From a virus: a stretch of DNA of 58,267 nucleotides. This document shows positions 49,800-57,632 of the stretch, one piece after another. The notes under the pieces were generated by a model. The model had not been told where the DNA came from and ran no database searches. It saw only the letters and a program-made list of their open reading frames with translations. Positions within the stretch are counted from its first letter, which is position 1, and every line of letters starts with the position of its first letter. Position numbers and translations under genes: made by a program. The DNA lies in the IMG/VR virus record IMGVR_UViG_3300036853_000250, positions 1 to 58,267 of that record. One strand, written 5' to 3'.

Positions 49800-50897
49800 C
49801 TATCGTTTCGCTGACTTCCGACGAGTTTCGGTAGCGGCCGGAGCGTCAACCGTCTCATTGGTATCCCGTGATCCACGGGTGTCTTGCACACCGGCTGCAC
49901 ACGGCTTCCCGCCGGGCAAACGGCTCACCGCCTCAGCGAGCGTATCCTCGGAGAGCCGACCGTAGACGAGATCGACCATCTTGGTGGACGTGTGGCCGAG
50001 TAGGCGTGCGACTACGGCGCTATCCGTCTTCTGGTTCTTGAGCCAGGACGCGAACGTCCGGCGCAGGTCGTTGGGCGTCACCTTCGGGACCTTGGCGAGC
50101 TCGGCCGCGCGCGCCAGATCGCGGCGGACGTTGCGCCAGCGGGTGACGATCGGTCCAAGCAGGCGCTTGGGAGCACCAGCACGAAGCGCCTCCAGTAGCT
50201 GCGGCGTGATCGGTACGACGCGCCAGCGCGACGTGCGCTTGGTCCCCGGGACGCGCATCTTGGCGCGTCCGAAATCGACATGCTCCCACCGGATCCGTTC
50301 GACCTCGCCGAGTGACAGGCCGCCCCACATCGCGAGCATCACCCACAGGCGACGTCGGGCGGCGACCTTGGTGAGGAAACTCTCGGCCTGGTGCTCATCG
50401 AGCCAGACCTCTTTGGGGTGGTACACCACGCGAACCTTGGGAACGATCGCCTCGATCGACCCGCTCCACAGGTTGCGGGTGCGAGCTTCTGCGAGCGCCC
50501 GGCGCAGCACCACCAGTTCCTTGTGAATGGTGCCGTTAGCGGCGGTTTCGCTCTGCCGTGTCGCGATGTAGCGCATCACGGCATCGCGGGTGATTGCGCC
50601 GACCTCGGTGTCGCCGCCGAGCAGACGCGTGAGGTGGTGACCCTTCTGGGCGTAGGCCGTTGCGGTCGCTGCGGCGCGTTCGACGGCCACTACCGCAAGC
50701 ATGTTGCCGATCGCGTCCCTCAGCGTGTGGTGCGAATGCGTGGCCGGATCGGCCGATCCCAACTCGAGCTTGCGGAGCTTGGCGCGGGCGACTTGCTGAT
50801 CGCGCGTGCGGAGCGACTGCCGCCGCGGCTGTCCTCGGAGATCCGTCCAGTAGCCGTGCCATGTGCCGCCTGGCTTGCGTTGATAGATTCTTCCCAC
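49800..50897 (-). CDS. int: Tyrosine integrase
   Basis: N-terminus VGRIYQRKPGGTWHGYWTDLRGQPRRQSL, with catalytic-region motifs LRRTFASWL and LLGHTSTKMVDLVYGRL. ORF 49800..50981 trimmed to the GTG at 50897. Confidence 0.85.
   Translation of the reverse strand: MGRIYQRKPGGTWHGYWTDLRGQPRRQSLRTRDQQVARAKLRKLELGSADPATHSHHTLRDAIGNMLAVVAVERAAATATAYAQKGHHLTRLLGGDTEVGAITRDAVMRYIATRQSETAANGTIHKELVVLRRALAEARTRNLWSGSIEAIVPKVRVVYHPKEVWLDEHQAESFLTKVAARRRLWVMLAMWGGLSLGEVERIRWEHVDFGRAKMRVPGTKRTSRWRVVPITPQLLEALRAGAPKRLLGPIVTRWRNVRRDLARAAELAKVPKVTPNDLRRTFASWLKNQKTDSAVVARLLGHTSTKMVDLVYGRLSEDTLAEAVSRLPGGKPCAAGVQDTRGSRDTNETVDAPAATETRRKSAKR
49886..49900. repeat. 15-bp direct repeat GCACACCGGCTGCAC, copy 2 (inside the int 3-prime end)
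   Basis: Perfect match to 49701..49715. Confidence 0.7.
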
Positions 50898-51073
50898 GGT
50901 GCCTCTGTTCGGGATGCAAGGTATCGAGCGAGCGCTTCCTCGGGCACGCGCAGCAAGCTGCCGACTCGGACATGCATGCACGAGCGTGCGACGCGGTATG
51001 CGGTTGCGCGCGAGCAGCCAAGGCGCGCGGCGATGTCGGCGGCGGTGAGGTAGACGACGTGCGGACGGGTCAC
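50720..51073 (-). CDS. xis: Excisionase-type (MerR/AlpA-like) HTH protein; ORF extends 178 nt into int in another frame
   Basis: VYLTAADIAARLGCSRATAYRVARSCMHVRVGSLLRVPEEALARYL. The C-terminal ~60 aa are low-complexity. Confidence 0.55.
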   Translation of the reverse strand: MTRPHVVYLTAADIAARLGCSRATAYRVARSCMHVRVGSLLRVPEEALARYLASRTEAPWEESINASQAAHGTATGRISEDSRGGSRSARAISKSPAPSSASSSWDRPIRPRIRTTR

Positions 51074-51321
51074 GGCTTGGCCCGCTTCCGGTACACCCGC
51101 CGCAACGCCGCGAGCCGGTGCTGCTGTTGCTCGGTGTGGCTGTCGCAGATCAGCGCCCGGTACGCGCGCAGCCGGTCAGCAGCGGCGAGCAGGTCCGAAC
51201 GCGTCGGTTCGCCGTAGCGCAGGGTCCACTCGAGGCTATCGGCCCCGTCTGTCTCGTCGGCCCCGGGCATCGGCCAACTCGTCTCGAGGAGCGCGGGATC
51301 GTCGGCGCCGGTGGCGTTCAC
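51070..51321 (-). CDS. hypothetical protein (83 aa)
   Basis: ORF 51070..51435 trimmed to the GTG at 51321 (GTGA overlap). Confidence 0.45.
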   Translation of the reverse strand: MNATGADDPALLETSWPMPGADETDGADSLEWTLRYGEPTRSDLLAAADRLRAYRALICDSHTEQQQHRLAALRRVYRKRAKP

Positions 51322-51506
51322 GGCTTCATCCCCCGGTACGTCTCGAGCAGCCGGCGGCGCTCGTCGATCGCAGCTGACAGGTCGATCTCGGCTTCCTGGC
51401 CGATGCGGTCGTTGAGCCCGGTGTGCTGTAGGCATAGCGCATCGAGGTTCTCGATGACGATCGTGAGGTCGGCGATGCGCAAGGCGGTTGCGGTGCGGTC
51501 GGTCAT
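51318..51506 (-). CDS. hypothetical protein (62 aa)
   Basis: ORF 51318..51692 trimmed to the ATG at 51506 (ATGA overlap). Confidence 0.45.
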   Translation of the reverse strand: MTDRTATALRIADLTIVIENLDALCLQHTGLNDRIGQEAEIDLSAAIDERRRLLETYRGMKP

Positions 51507-51700
51507 GGCTCGATGACTCCGACGCTGGCGCGCGCCATCGCGTCTTCGCCGGCCTCGATGACCTGCTCGTGAGCGTGTCGCTGCAGCATCCGCTCCCACT
51601 CGCGTCCGTGGCGACGGCCGAGTCGGTATCCGTGTTCGAACGCCGCTGCCGCTACTCCCACGGCCGCGAGGATGATGAGCAGTCCAGCCCACGGACTCAC
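51503..51700 (-). CDS. small membrane-anchored protein (65 aa)
   Basis: WAGLLIILAAVGVAAAAF; the GTG at 51700 overlaps the upstream stop. Confidence 0.45.
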   Translation of the reverse strand: MSPWAGLLIILAAVGVAAAAFEHGYRLGRRHGREWERMLQRHAHEQVIEAGEDAMARASVGVIEP

Positions 51701-51954
51701 GTGAACCACTCCGCGCGCAGAGTCGCCGACGTCTCGATCAGCCGGTACGCGGCCTCGACGCAGGATGCGACATACATGACGTCGTCAGAGACGATGCCGA
51801 GGAATTCTCCACGCGCCTTCCAGCGCAAATCGATTGCGATTCTCAGTGGGTCACAGCTCCGAAAACCGATGAACTGGTCAACCATTGACAGGTTGTTCCG
51901 GTGGTCAGCGCAGAGCAGGAGCTCGATGACCTGGCGTTTCTCGTCGAGGGTCAT
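51697..51954 (-). CDS. hypothetical protein (85 aa)
   Basis: ORF 51697..52023 trimmed to the ATG at 51954 (ATGA overlap). Confidence 0.5.
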   Translation of the reverse strand: MTLDEKRQVIELLLCADHRNNLSMVDQFIGFRSCDPLRIAIDLRWKARGEFLGIVSDDVMYVASCVEAAYRLIETSATLRAEWFT

Positions 51955-52244
51955 GGAATCGTCTCCAATTTGCCGAGCGCAACGAGAATCGCACTGTGCC
52001 GTTGTCCGTCTGAGCGATTCCACTCCTCACACGCGCGCCACAACTCGAGCAGCGCATCGGCGTGGTTGACGAGCTCGGCGACCGCAGCGCAGTCATCTGC
52101 GTCGGCGAAGTTCGCGATGTGGTTAGTGTGCAGCGTCCCGCCCATTCCGGTGTTGTCCGGCACTAGTGACAGAAAGCGACCTCGCGCGTGCCAGACGCGA
52201 GGATGAGATCGGAGTACGATGGCCCGGAAGTCGTCGAGGGTCAT
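51951..52244 (-). CDS. hypothetical protein (97 aa)
   Basis: ORF track. Confidence 0.5.
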   Translation of the reverse strand: MTLDDFRAIVLRSHPRVWHARGRFLSLVPDNTGMGGTLHTNHIANFADADDCAAVAELVNHADALLELWRACEEWNRSDGQRHSAILVALGKLETIP

Positions 52245-52429
52245 GAGTCACTCTCCGAGTAATCGGCGATGGCGATCAGATCGGCCGCGAGCTTTCGGGC
52301 TTCCGCTGGCGTCAGCCACGCTCGGCCGTCGGCCGCACCGAGCTTATGAATGATTACCGTGGCGGGTTCGTCGAGCCGCTTTCGTGTCGCCTCGAGCCGA
52401 TAGCCGGCGATGAGCGCCTTGCGCTTCAT
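52241..52429 (-). CDS. hypothetical protein (62 aa)
   Basis: ORF track. Confidence 0.5.
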   Translation of the reverse strand: MKRKALIAGYRLEATRKRLDEPATVIIHKLGAADGRAWLTPAEARKLAADLIAIADYSESDS

Positions 52430-53100
52430 GCCTCACCTCCAAGATCCTCGTCCCGCGGGTCCGGGTCAGCGGCACGCTCGGTCTCGTAGACGAGCGCGTC
52501 GATCTCGGCCTCGATCTCCGGCGCCGGATGGCCGGTTACGTGACGGACGGTGCCGTTCCAGAGGGCGTTGGCGGTCTCTCCAGCCGGCTCCTTGCCGCCG
52601 TAGCCGTGCTCGTCGATGGCCCGCTCCTTGGCGTCCGCGGCGGCGTTCGCCGCGGCGCACTCGGTGTCGATGAGCCGGGCGAGCGCATCCTCGACTCGGT
52701 CCGCCTCGGCTTGCCGCTCACTTACCTGTCGCCGCGTCAGGCCGATGTGATCCGCGCCGGTGGTGATGGTTTGGTCGTCTGGGTCGTCCTCGTGGTCGAC
52801 GATCGCTCGCGCCAGCTGGCCGGCGTACCAGCCAGAGATGTCTCCGTGCCAGTCGTCGGGCCCGACGTCGAGATAGCCGTCATTCTCAGCATCAGACCAC
52901 GCAACCCCGGTCAGCTTCAGCTCGGCTGCACGGATCTCGGTGAGCACGTTGAACGTCTCTGCAGCCGGCCCCATCCCCAGCCGCGCTCCGCAGCCGTGAC
53001 AGAACCTGGCGAACTCGACCTCTGAGCCGTCGGGCAGCGTGCGCCACACCGAGCGGGTCGACGGGTGCTTGCATTCGGTGGTGTCGGGGCGGCGGGTCAT
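52426..53100 (-). CDS. hypothetical acidic protein with N-terminal Cys/His cluster (224 aa)
   Basis: ORF 52426..53103; TECKHP...FCHGCG. Confidence 0.55.
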   Translation of the reverse strand: MTRRPDTTECKHPSTRSVWRTLPDGSEVEFARFCHGCGARLGMGPAAETFNVLTEIRAAELKLTGVAWSDAENDGYLDVGPDDWHGDISGWYAGQLARAIVDHEDDPDDQTITTGADHIGLTRRQVSERQAEADRVEDALARLIDTECAAANAAADAKERAIDEHGYGGKEPAGETANALWNGTVRHVTGHPAPEIEAEIDALVYETERAADPDPRDEDLGGEA

Positions 53101-53264
53101 CAACTCTCTCCTTGCTTCGCACCGTCACCGGCGCAGTGGGTCATCAGCTCGCCGATGTACCCAGCCGCCCAGTCGTCGCGACCGGTCGCCGAGTACCAGC
53201 TGGCCATCCAGGCCACGACGACGTGACGCGGCAGTAGCTCGCGGCGTGGGGGCTCGACGGTCAT
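53100..53264 (-). CDS. possible 54-aa protein
   Basis: Below the cut-off; hand translation MTVEPPRRELLPRHVVVAWMASWYSATGRDDWAAGYIGELMTHCAGDGAKQGES; overlaps both neighbours by one base or in ATGA fashion. Confidence 0.4.
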   Translation of the reverse strand: MTVEPPRRELLPRHVVVAWMASWYSATGRDDWAAGYIGELMTHCAGDGAKQGES

Positions 53265-54145
53265 CACGTCTGCACCTCATCAATCGCAGCCTCAAGGGCC
53301 GCGGCAAGTTTTGCGGACTCGTCGACCGCCCGGTCGACCTCCTCGCAGGCCAGCAGGTCGGCCGATGCGGCGGTCAGTGCCCGCAGCCGGATCATCGCGG
53401 TGTCGTACCGGCGCTCCATCGCGGTCAGCTGGCCGGCGAGCGTAGCGGCACGGTCGGACATCGAGACGAAGTCGCGGCGGTACTGGTCGAGTTGCTGCGT
53501 GGCGGTGGCGAGCGTCTGCGTTGCCTCGCGGACGTCGGCGGTGAGGGCCGAGATCCGCCGATCGCGTTCGGCCAGTTCCGCGCGAGCCGAGCCGACCTCG
53601 GCCACCAGCTTGGCTCGCTGCTCCGTCCAACCCTTGATCTCATCAGGGAACGGCGTCTCGTTGGTCACGCGCACGATGGTCGCGAGGAGTTCTTGCTGGC
53701 GTGCCTCGAGCTGGTCGATGCGCTGGCGGTCACCGACGTTCGCCGCGGTGGCGACGTCGAGGCGGGCGGTCGCGTCACTCAGCGCCGCCTCGAGCTCGCT
53801 GGCGCGATGCTTCTCTCGCCAGAGCAGACGGCGCACGCCGTTCGCGCATCGCTTCCAGTCCCGTTCGCTTGGGTCGCGACCGCAGTCACAGCCCATCGGC
53901 ACGAATCCGTGCTCCTCGCCAACGTGGTTCGGAGCGGTGGTGCCACACCAGCAGCAATCAGGGTCGATCGCGTTGCCGCATGACGAGCAGTGCGACCCCT
54001 CGGATTCGTCGTTGCGCTGTTGCAGCGCCGCGATGTGGCCGAGCAGCGCACGTATAGTCTCCACGTGCCAGAGGTCGAATCCGTGCTCGGCGTCCCTCTG
54101 GCAGTCGGCCAGTTCCTCGGGGCTGAGTAGCTTGGGATCGATCAT
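53264..54145 (-). CDS. Cys-rich plus coiled-coil protein (293 aa)
   Basis: ORF 53264..54220 trimmed to the ATG at 54145; HCSSCG...CCWCG...CDCG, then a long coiled coil. Confidence 0.55.
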   Translation of the reverse strand: MIDPKLLSPEELADCQRDAEHGFDLWHVETIRALLGHIAALQQRNDESEGSHCSSCGNAIDPDCCWCGTTAPNHVGEEHGFVPMGCDCGRDPSERDWKRCANGVRRLLWREKHRASELEAALSDATARLDVATAANVGDRQRIDQLEARQQELLATIVRVTNETPFPDEIKGWTEQRAKLVAEVGSARAELAERDRRISALTADVREATQTLATATQQLDQYRRDFVSMSDRAATLAGQLTAMERRYDTAMIRLRALTAASADLLACEEVDRAVDESAKLAAALEAAIDEVQT

Positions 54146-54684
54146 GTCCGCACCGGCATCACGACGAAGCGAATCCCGTCGGTGTTCGTGAACATCATCG
54201 CGTCGAGTGAGCCGCCCCAAGCGGCGATCTTGACGCCGTTCGTGCTGTCAGGTCGCGATGCTTGGTCAACCTCGTAGATGGCCGCGAGGTACTTCGGGTT
54301 GAACCCGTACGGCTCAGGCAGCTTGTCGGGCTTGCCCGCTGGCATCACCTGCTCGTAAGGTGGGTACTTCGAGGCATCGCGAGTCGGCACCGCCATGCGG
54401 ACTCCCTCGGCAATCGTCAGCACGACGCGTGCGTCGTCGAGCTTGATCTCGATCTCGCGACCGCCGCGCAGCTCGCGCTGCGCCGTTACCGCGGCAAGCA
54501 GATGCCTGCGGTCAACGCCGAACGCCGGGCCGTCGTACTCGAGCGGCACCCGCACGAGGCGATGGCCGTCACAGGCGACGTACTCGCCTTTGGTGAACAG
54601 CACCATGCAGAGGTGCGGCCTCGACTCGTCGGTCGATGCCCATTTTGCGACCGCGGCGAGGAGGTTGGTAGGGATTCTGATCAT
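54142..54684 (-). CDS. Half-size DnaN (beta sliding clamp)-like protein (180 aa)
   Basis: DESRPHLCMVLF..YVACDGHRLV, KYPPYEQVMP, GFNPKYLAAI and FVVMPVRT mirror the clamp blocks (L.G..f...vATDGHRLa, rFPdY..viP, gFN..YL.d, vvMPmR). ORF 54142..55092 trimmed to the ATG at 54684. Confidence 0.6.
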   Translation of the reverse strand: MIRIPTNLLAAVAKWASTDESRPHLCMVLFTKGEYVACDGHRLVRVPLEYDGPAFGVDRRHLLAAVTAQRELRGGREIEIKLDDARVVLTIAEGVRMAVPTRDASKYPPYEQVMPAGKPDKLPEPYGFNPKYLAAIYEVDQASRPDSTNGVKIAAWGGSLDAMMFTNTDGIRFVVMPVRT

Positions 54685-54881
54685 GGCACAACCCCGAAGA
54701 ACGCCACCGTGGCGAACGCGGCCAGCACGACGAGGAAGGCCATCCGATACGGATACAGCGTGCCACTCTTGGCAGCGATTTGCGCTGCACCCATCAACAC
54801 CGAGCCAATCGCCAGCTGGCACAGCACCATGACAGCGATCAGACCCGGCCACATCCACCACGAGAATTGAGTTACATGCAT
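54681..54881 (-). CDS. small two-pass membrane protein (66 aa)
   Basis: WWMWPGLIAVMVLCQLAIGSVLMGAA and MAFLVVLAAFATVAFFGVV. Confidence 0.5.
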   Translation of the reverse strand: MHVTQFSWWMWPGLIAVMVLCQLAIGSVLMGAAQIAAKSGTLYPYRMAFLVVLAAFATVAFFGVVP

Positions 54882-54893
54882 ATAGAAAGTCCT

Positions 54894-54911
54894 GCTCGCA
54901 CGGCTGCGAGC
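54894..54911 (-). terminator. GC-rich hairpin GCTCGCA-CGGC-TGCGAGC between the exonuclease gene and the next ORF (weak terminator/processing candidate)
   Basis: 7-bp perfect stem. On the minus-strand RNA it is followed only by AGGACUUUCUAU, so the U-tract is poor. Confidence 0.25.
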
Positions 54912-54958
54912 GCTGAAGGGAGGGAGGCGCCCTGCGACGCCGTGTGAGCAGGGGTCGG

Positions 54959-56095
54959 CTAGAACGGGCTGTCTGAAACAGCCTCGGTGAGTTGTTTGGG
55001 CTCGTCGTCAGTGACGAGCCGCGGGCCGGCGGTGTACTCGCAGATCTCGGTGCCTGCAGACCGGGTCGCGCCGCCGCGCTCGCGAACGACATCGAGCACG
55101 CGCTTAGCCGCGCCGCGCTTGCCCTTGAGCGCGGCTTCGAGACGCACCTTCGTCGCGCTGCGGATCACGGCCCGGTCGGCGGTGTCGCGGTCGTGCAGCT
55201 CGGCGACCACAGCGTGGACGGTGTCGCCGTCGAGCTTCTCGTTTCCCTGCTTGGCCTGGGGGCCGAAGAACCGGCCGTTGCCCAGCGGGATCGGGCGCTC
55301 GATGGCGCGAGCGGTGAGGGCCGCTTTGATGCGCCCGTACAGGATGCCGATCCGCTTCATCAGGTCGTAGGCGTCGGCGGCCTCGACGTCGTTCTCGAAC
55401 GGGACCATCGCCTCGACGCGCATCGCGAGCGCTCCACCGCCGGCATCGGCCGCGAGACGCTTCTGCTCCGCGCAGTCGTGGAACCCCGGGCAGTACTTGC
55501 AGTGCTTGTTGATGCGGAGCGACTTGTCCTGGCTCACGACCGCGGCGCGCAGGACCTCTGCGTGGAGGTCGAGGTCGAACACGGTCAGCGTCGCGACGTC
55601 GGCCGGGATCCACGGCGCAGCAAGGTAGACGATCGCCACAGTGACCTCGAGATACCCCCCGGCGCGAGCGACCATGAGCGCGTACGTGGCGATCTGAGCG
55701 TTACTGGCCACCGGATCGACCGGCTCGAAGCCCTTGTAGTCGATGACCAAGATACGCCGGGCGCCGCGGACCAGCAGGTCCACCGTGCCCGGGATCTCGA
55801 ACGGTCCGCGCGCCGGGTAGTCGCGCCCGTTGAGATGTCCGAGAGCGCGACACGTGTCGTCGCTAACGTCGTAGAGAAACGAGCACTCCGCGGCCAGCTC
55901 GTCGCCCGGCTCAAGCAGCGCCTGCACGCGCGGGTCGAGGTCGTCATCGGCGCGCATGTCGGCGGCGGCTTCGGCGTCGGCGTGCCGATCGTCGCCGTCG
56001 TCGGCGTACTTGGACTGGTAGTCTGCATGGCGCAGGTGACCGGAGCCGGGGCAGGCCAAGAGACGGGGGACGGCGGAGGCGGAGAGGCGGATCAT
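54959..56095 (-). CDS. PD-(D/E)XK exonuclease, Cas4/RecB-like with Fe-S-type cysteines
   Basis: Core VDLLV...ILVIDYKG, the QIATYALM (QxxxY) motif, one N-terminal Cys (LLACPG) and the C-terminal CKYCPGFHDC. Adjacent to recT. Confidence 0.75.
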   Translation of the reverse strand: MIRLSASAVPRLLACPGSGHLRHADYQSKYADDGDDRHADAEAAADMRADDDLDPRVQALLEPGDELAAECSFLYDVSDDTCRALGHLNGRDYPARGPFEIPGTVDLLVRGARRILVIDYKGFEPVDPVASNAQIATYALMVARAGGYLEVTVAIVYLAAPWIPADVATLTVFDLDLHAEVLRAAVVSQDKSLRINKHCKYCPGFHDCAEQKRLAADAGGGALAMRVEAMVPFENDVEAADAYDLMKRIGILYGRIKAALTARAIERPIPLGNGRFFGPQAKQGNEKLDGDTVHAVVAELHDRDTADRAVIRSATKVRLEAALKGKRGAAKRVLDVVRERGGATRSAGTEICEYTAGPRLVTDDEPKQLTEAVSDSPF

Positions 56096-56943
56096 GGCGC
56101 GGCCGTTGCCTCACCCGTGTTTGCGCTTGACGAGTCGGCGGAGTTCACAGGCGTCGGCGCTGCGCCCGAGGACGAAGCGCCGGATGTAGGGAGCGACTGG
56201 ATCCGCTTGAGGTTCGTCTTGTAGCGTTCCATCGCGGCCTCCTGGACCGCTCCCTTGACGCCCCGCTTGCCGAACGCCGCACCGAGTTCCTTCAGCTTGG
56301 CGATCGTCATAGCCGCGTCCATCTCGGCGATCTCGGGGAAGTCGGCGAGGGTGGGCGCCGGGGCCTCCACAAACTCGGCATCCTCGTACCTCTCTTCGTT
56401 GGCCGGCCGCGCGACCTGCACCGGCGCTTCGCGCCATCCGCTTGCCTCGTCGTCGTTGTAGCAGCCCATAAGCACGTCCGGGTAGACCCGCCGCGCGAGC
56501 TCGGCCTTCGCACGCGAAGCCAGCATCTGTCTTGGGTAGCAGCGCCAGTTGTCCTTCTGATGGAGAGCGGCCTTCTTGGCCATTTCCCACGTCCATGTAC
56601 AGCGCTGCGGCACCTTGGACCCGACGCGCAGCGTTTCGTACGTGACCGAGGTGTCGGACTCTTCGACGCAATCGAAGTACACCGCCTTACCGCTGCCGAG
56701 GACGAGCGCGACCATGCCGTCGCTGGACATCACCGGCTTGCCCTCAATAACATGGAACGCTCGCAGCGAAGCCATCGGCGCAAGCCCCATCTCCTGGCCA
56801 GCCATGATGGTCACCAGGACGTCCGGCATCTTGCCTTGCATCGGCTTGGGCAAGAGCGTGGACTTCGCGAGTTTCTCGGCGAGCGCGACCAGGTCATCGT
56901 CACTGCGCCGGACGACCGCGATCGCCGTCGATTCGGCTACCAC
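56092..56943 (-). CDS. recT: RecT-family single-strand annealing protein
   Basis: LAKSTLLPKPMQGKMPDVLVTIMAGQEMGLAPMASLRAFHVIEGKPVMS is the characteristic RecT core. Confidence 0.85.
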   Translation of the reverse strand: MVAESTAIAVVRRSDDDLVALAEKLAKSTLLPKPMQGKMPDVLVTIMAGQEMGLAPMASLRAFHVIEGKPVMSSDGMVALVLGSGKAVYFDCVEESDTSVTYETLRVGSKVPQRCTWTWEMAKKAALHQKDNWRCYPRQMLASRAKAELARRVYPDVLMGCYNDDEASGWREAPVQVARPANEERYEDAEFVEAPAPTLADFPEIAEMDAAMTIAKLKELGAAFGKRGVKGAVQEAAMERYKTNLKRIQSLPTSGASSSGAAPTPVNSADSSSANTGEATAAP

Positions 56944-57479
56944 CGGCGCACCGCCCGGTCATAGGCCATCGAGCTGGTGATGAACGGGATGTCTTCGTCG
57001 CCAGCCGGCGGGATGTCGTCGGGGGGCGGACCGCCGCCACCGGACTGGTCATCGGCGAGGGCCGCGAGCAATGCCGCATTGGCGTCGGCCCGGTTCTCTG
57101 CACTGCTTGCCTTGAGCGGCCTGGGACCACGGCCGATCGAGTTGACCTTGACCCAGGTCGTGCCGGCCTTCGGTCCAGTCTTGCGTTCCCAGTGCTTGAT
57201 CTCGAGCGTGGATGCGCCCCCGGTCTTGGCAACCCATGCGGCGATGTCGGACTCGAGCGTGGCGAGGTCACGACAGGCCCAGCCCACCGCCTTGCAGGTC
57301 TTGGCGATGTACGGAGCCTGCTTGTTGTTGACGATCTCGTCGTAGGTGAATCGCCGGCCCTTGTGGGTCCCGTCGGTCACCTCGGCATTGATGCGCACGA
57401 CCGGAATGCCCTTGTCGTTGTCGCCGTAGGTTCCATCGATCACCTTGCACGGCCAGAATCCTTCTGCAATGTCAGCCAT
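56937..57479 (-). CDS. ssDNA-binding-type protein (DUF669-like), acidic tail with DIPF motif (180 aa)
   Basis: ORF 56937..57539 trimmed to the ATG at 57479, after AGAGGA. Has a Gly/Pro linker, then DDIPPAGDEDIPF. Lies upstream of recT. Confidence 0.5.
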   Translation of the reverse strand: MADIAEGFWPCKVIDGTYGDNDKGIPVVRINAEVTDGTHKGRRFTYDEIVNNKQAPYIAKTCKAVGWACRDLATLESDIAAWVAKTGGASTLEIKHWERKTGPKAGTTWVKVNSIGRGPRPLKASSAENRADANAALLAALADDQSGGGGPPPDDIPPAGDEDIPFITSSMAYDRAVRRW

Positions 57480-57547
57480 ATGTCCTCTGTGTGTGATTAC
57501 GTGTCGTCTCTCGTTCGGTGCCCCTGCCATGAGTTGCACATGGCCAT

Positions 57548-57579
57548 CTGCCGCTAAGATTGCCCAACCGTTGCGGCAG
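57548..57579 (-). promoter_or_regulatory. Hairpin CTGCCGC-N18-GCGGCAG inside a 153-nt untranslated gap of the early-left operon
   Basis: 7-bp perfect arms read directly. Confidence 0.3.
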
Positions 57580-57632
57580 ACTGAGACTACCAGGGGCAGG
57601 TGCTGGTCAATGAGAACCAGCGAAGCAGCCGT

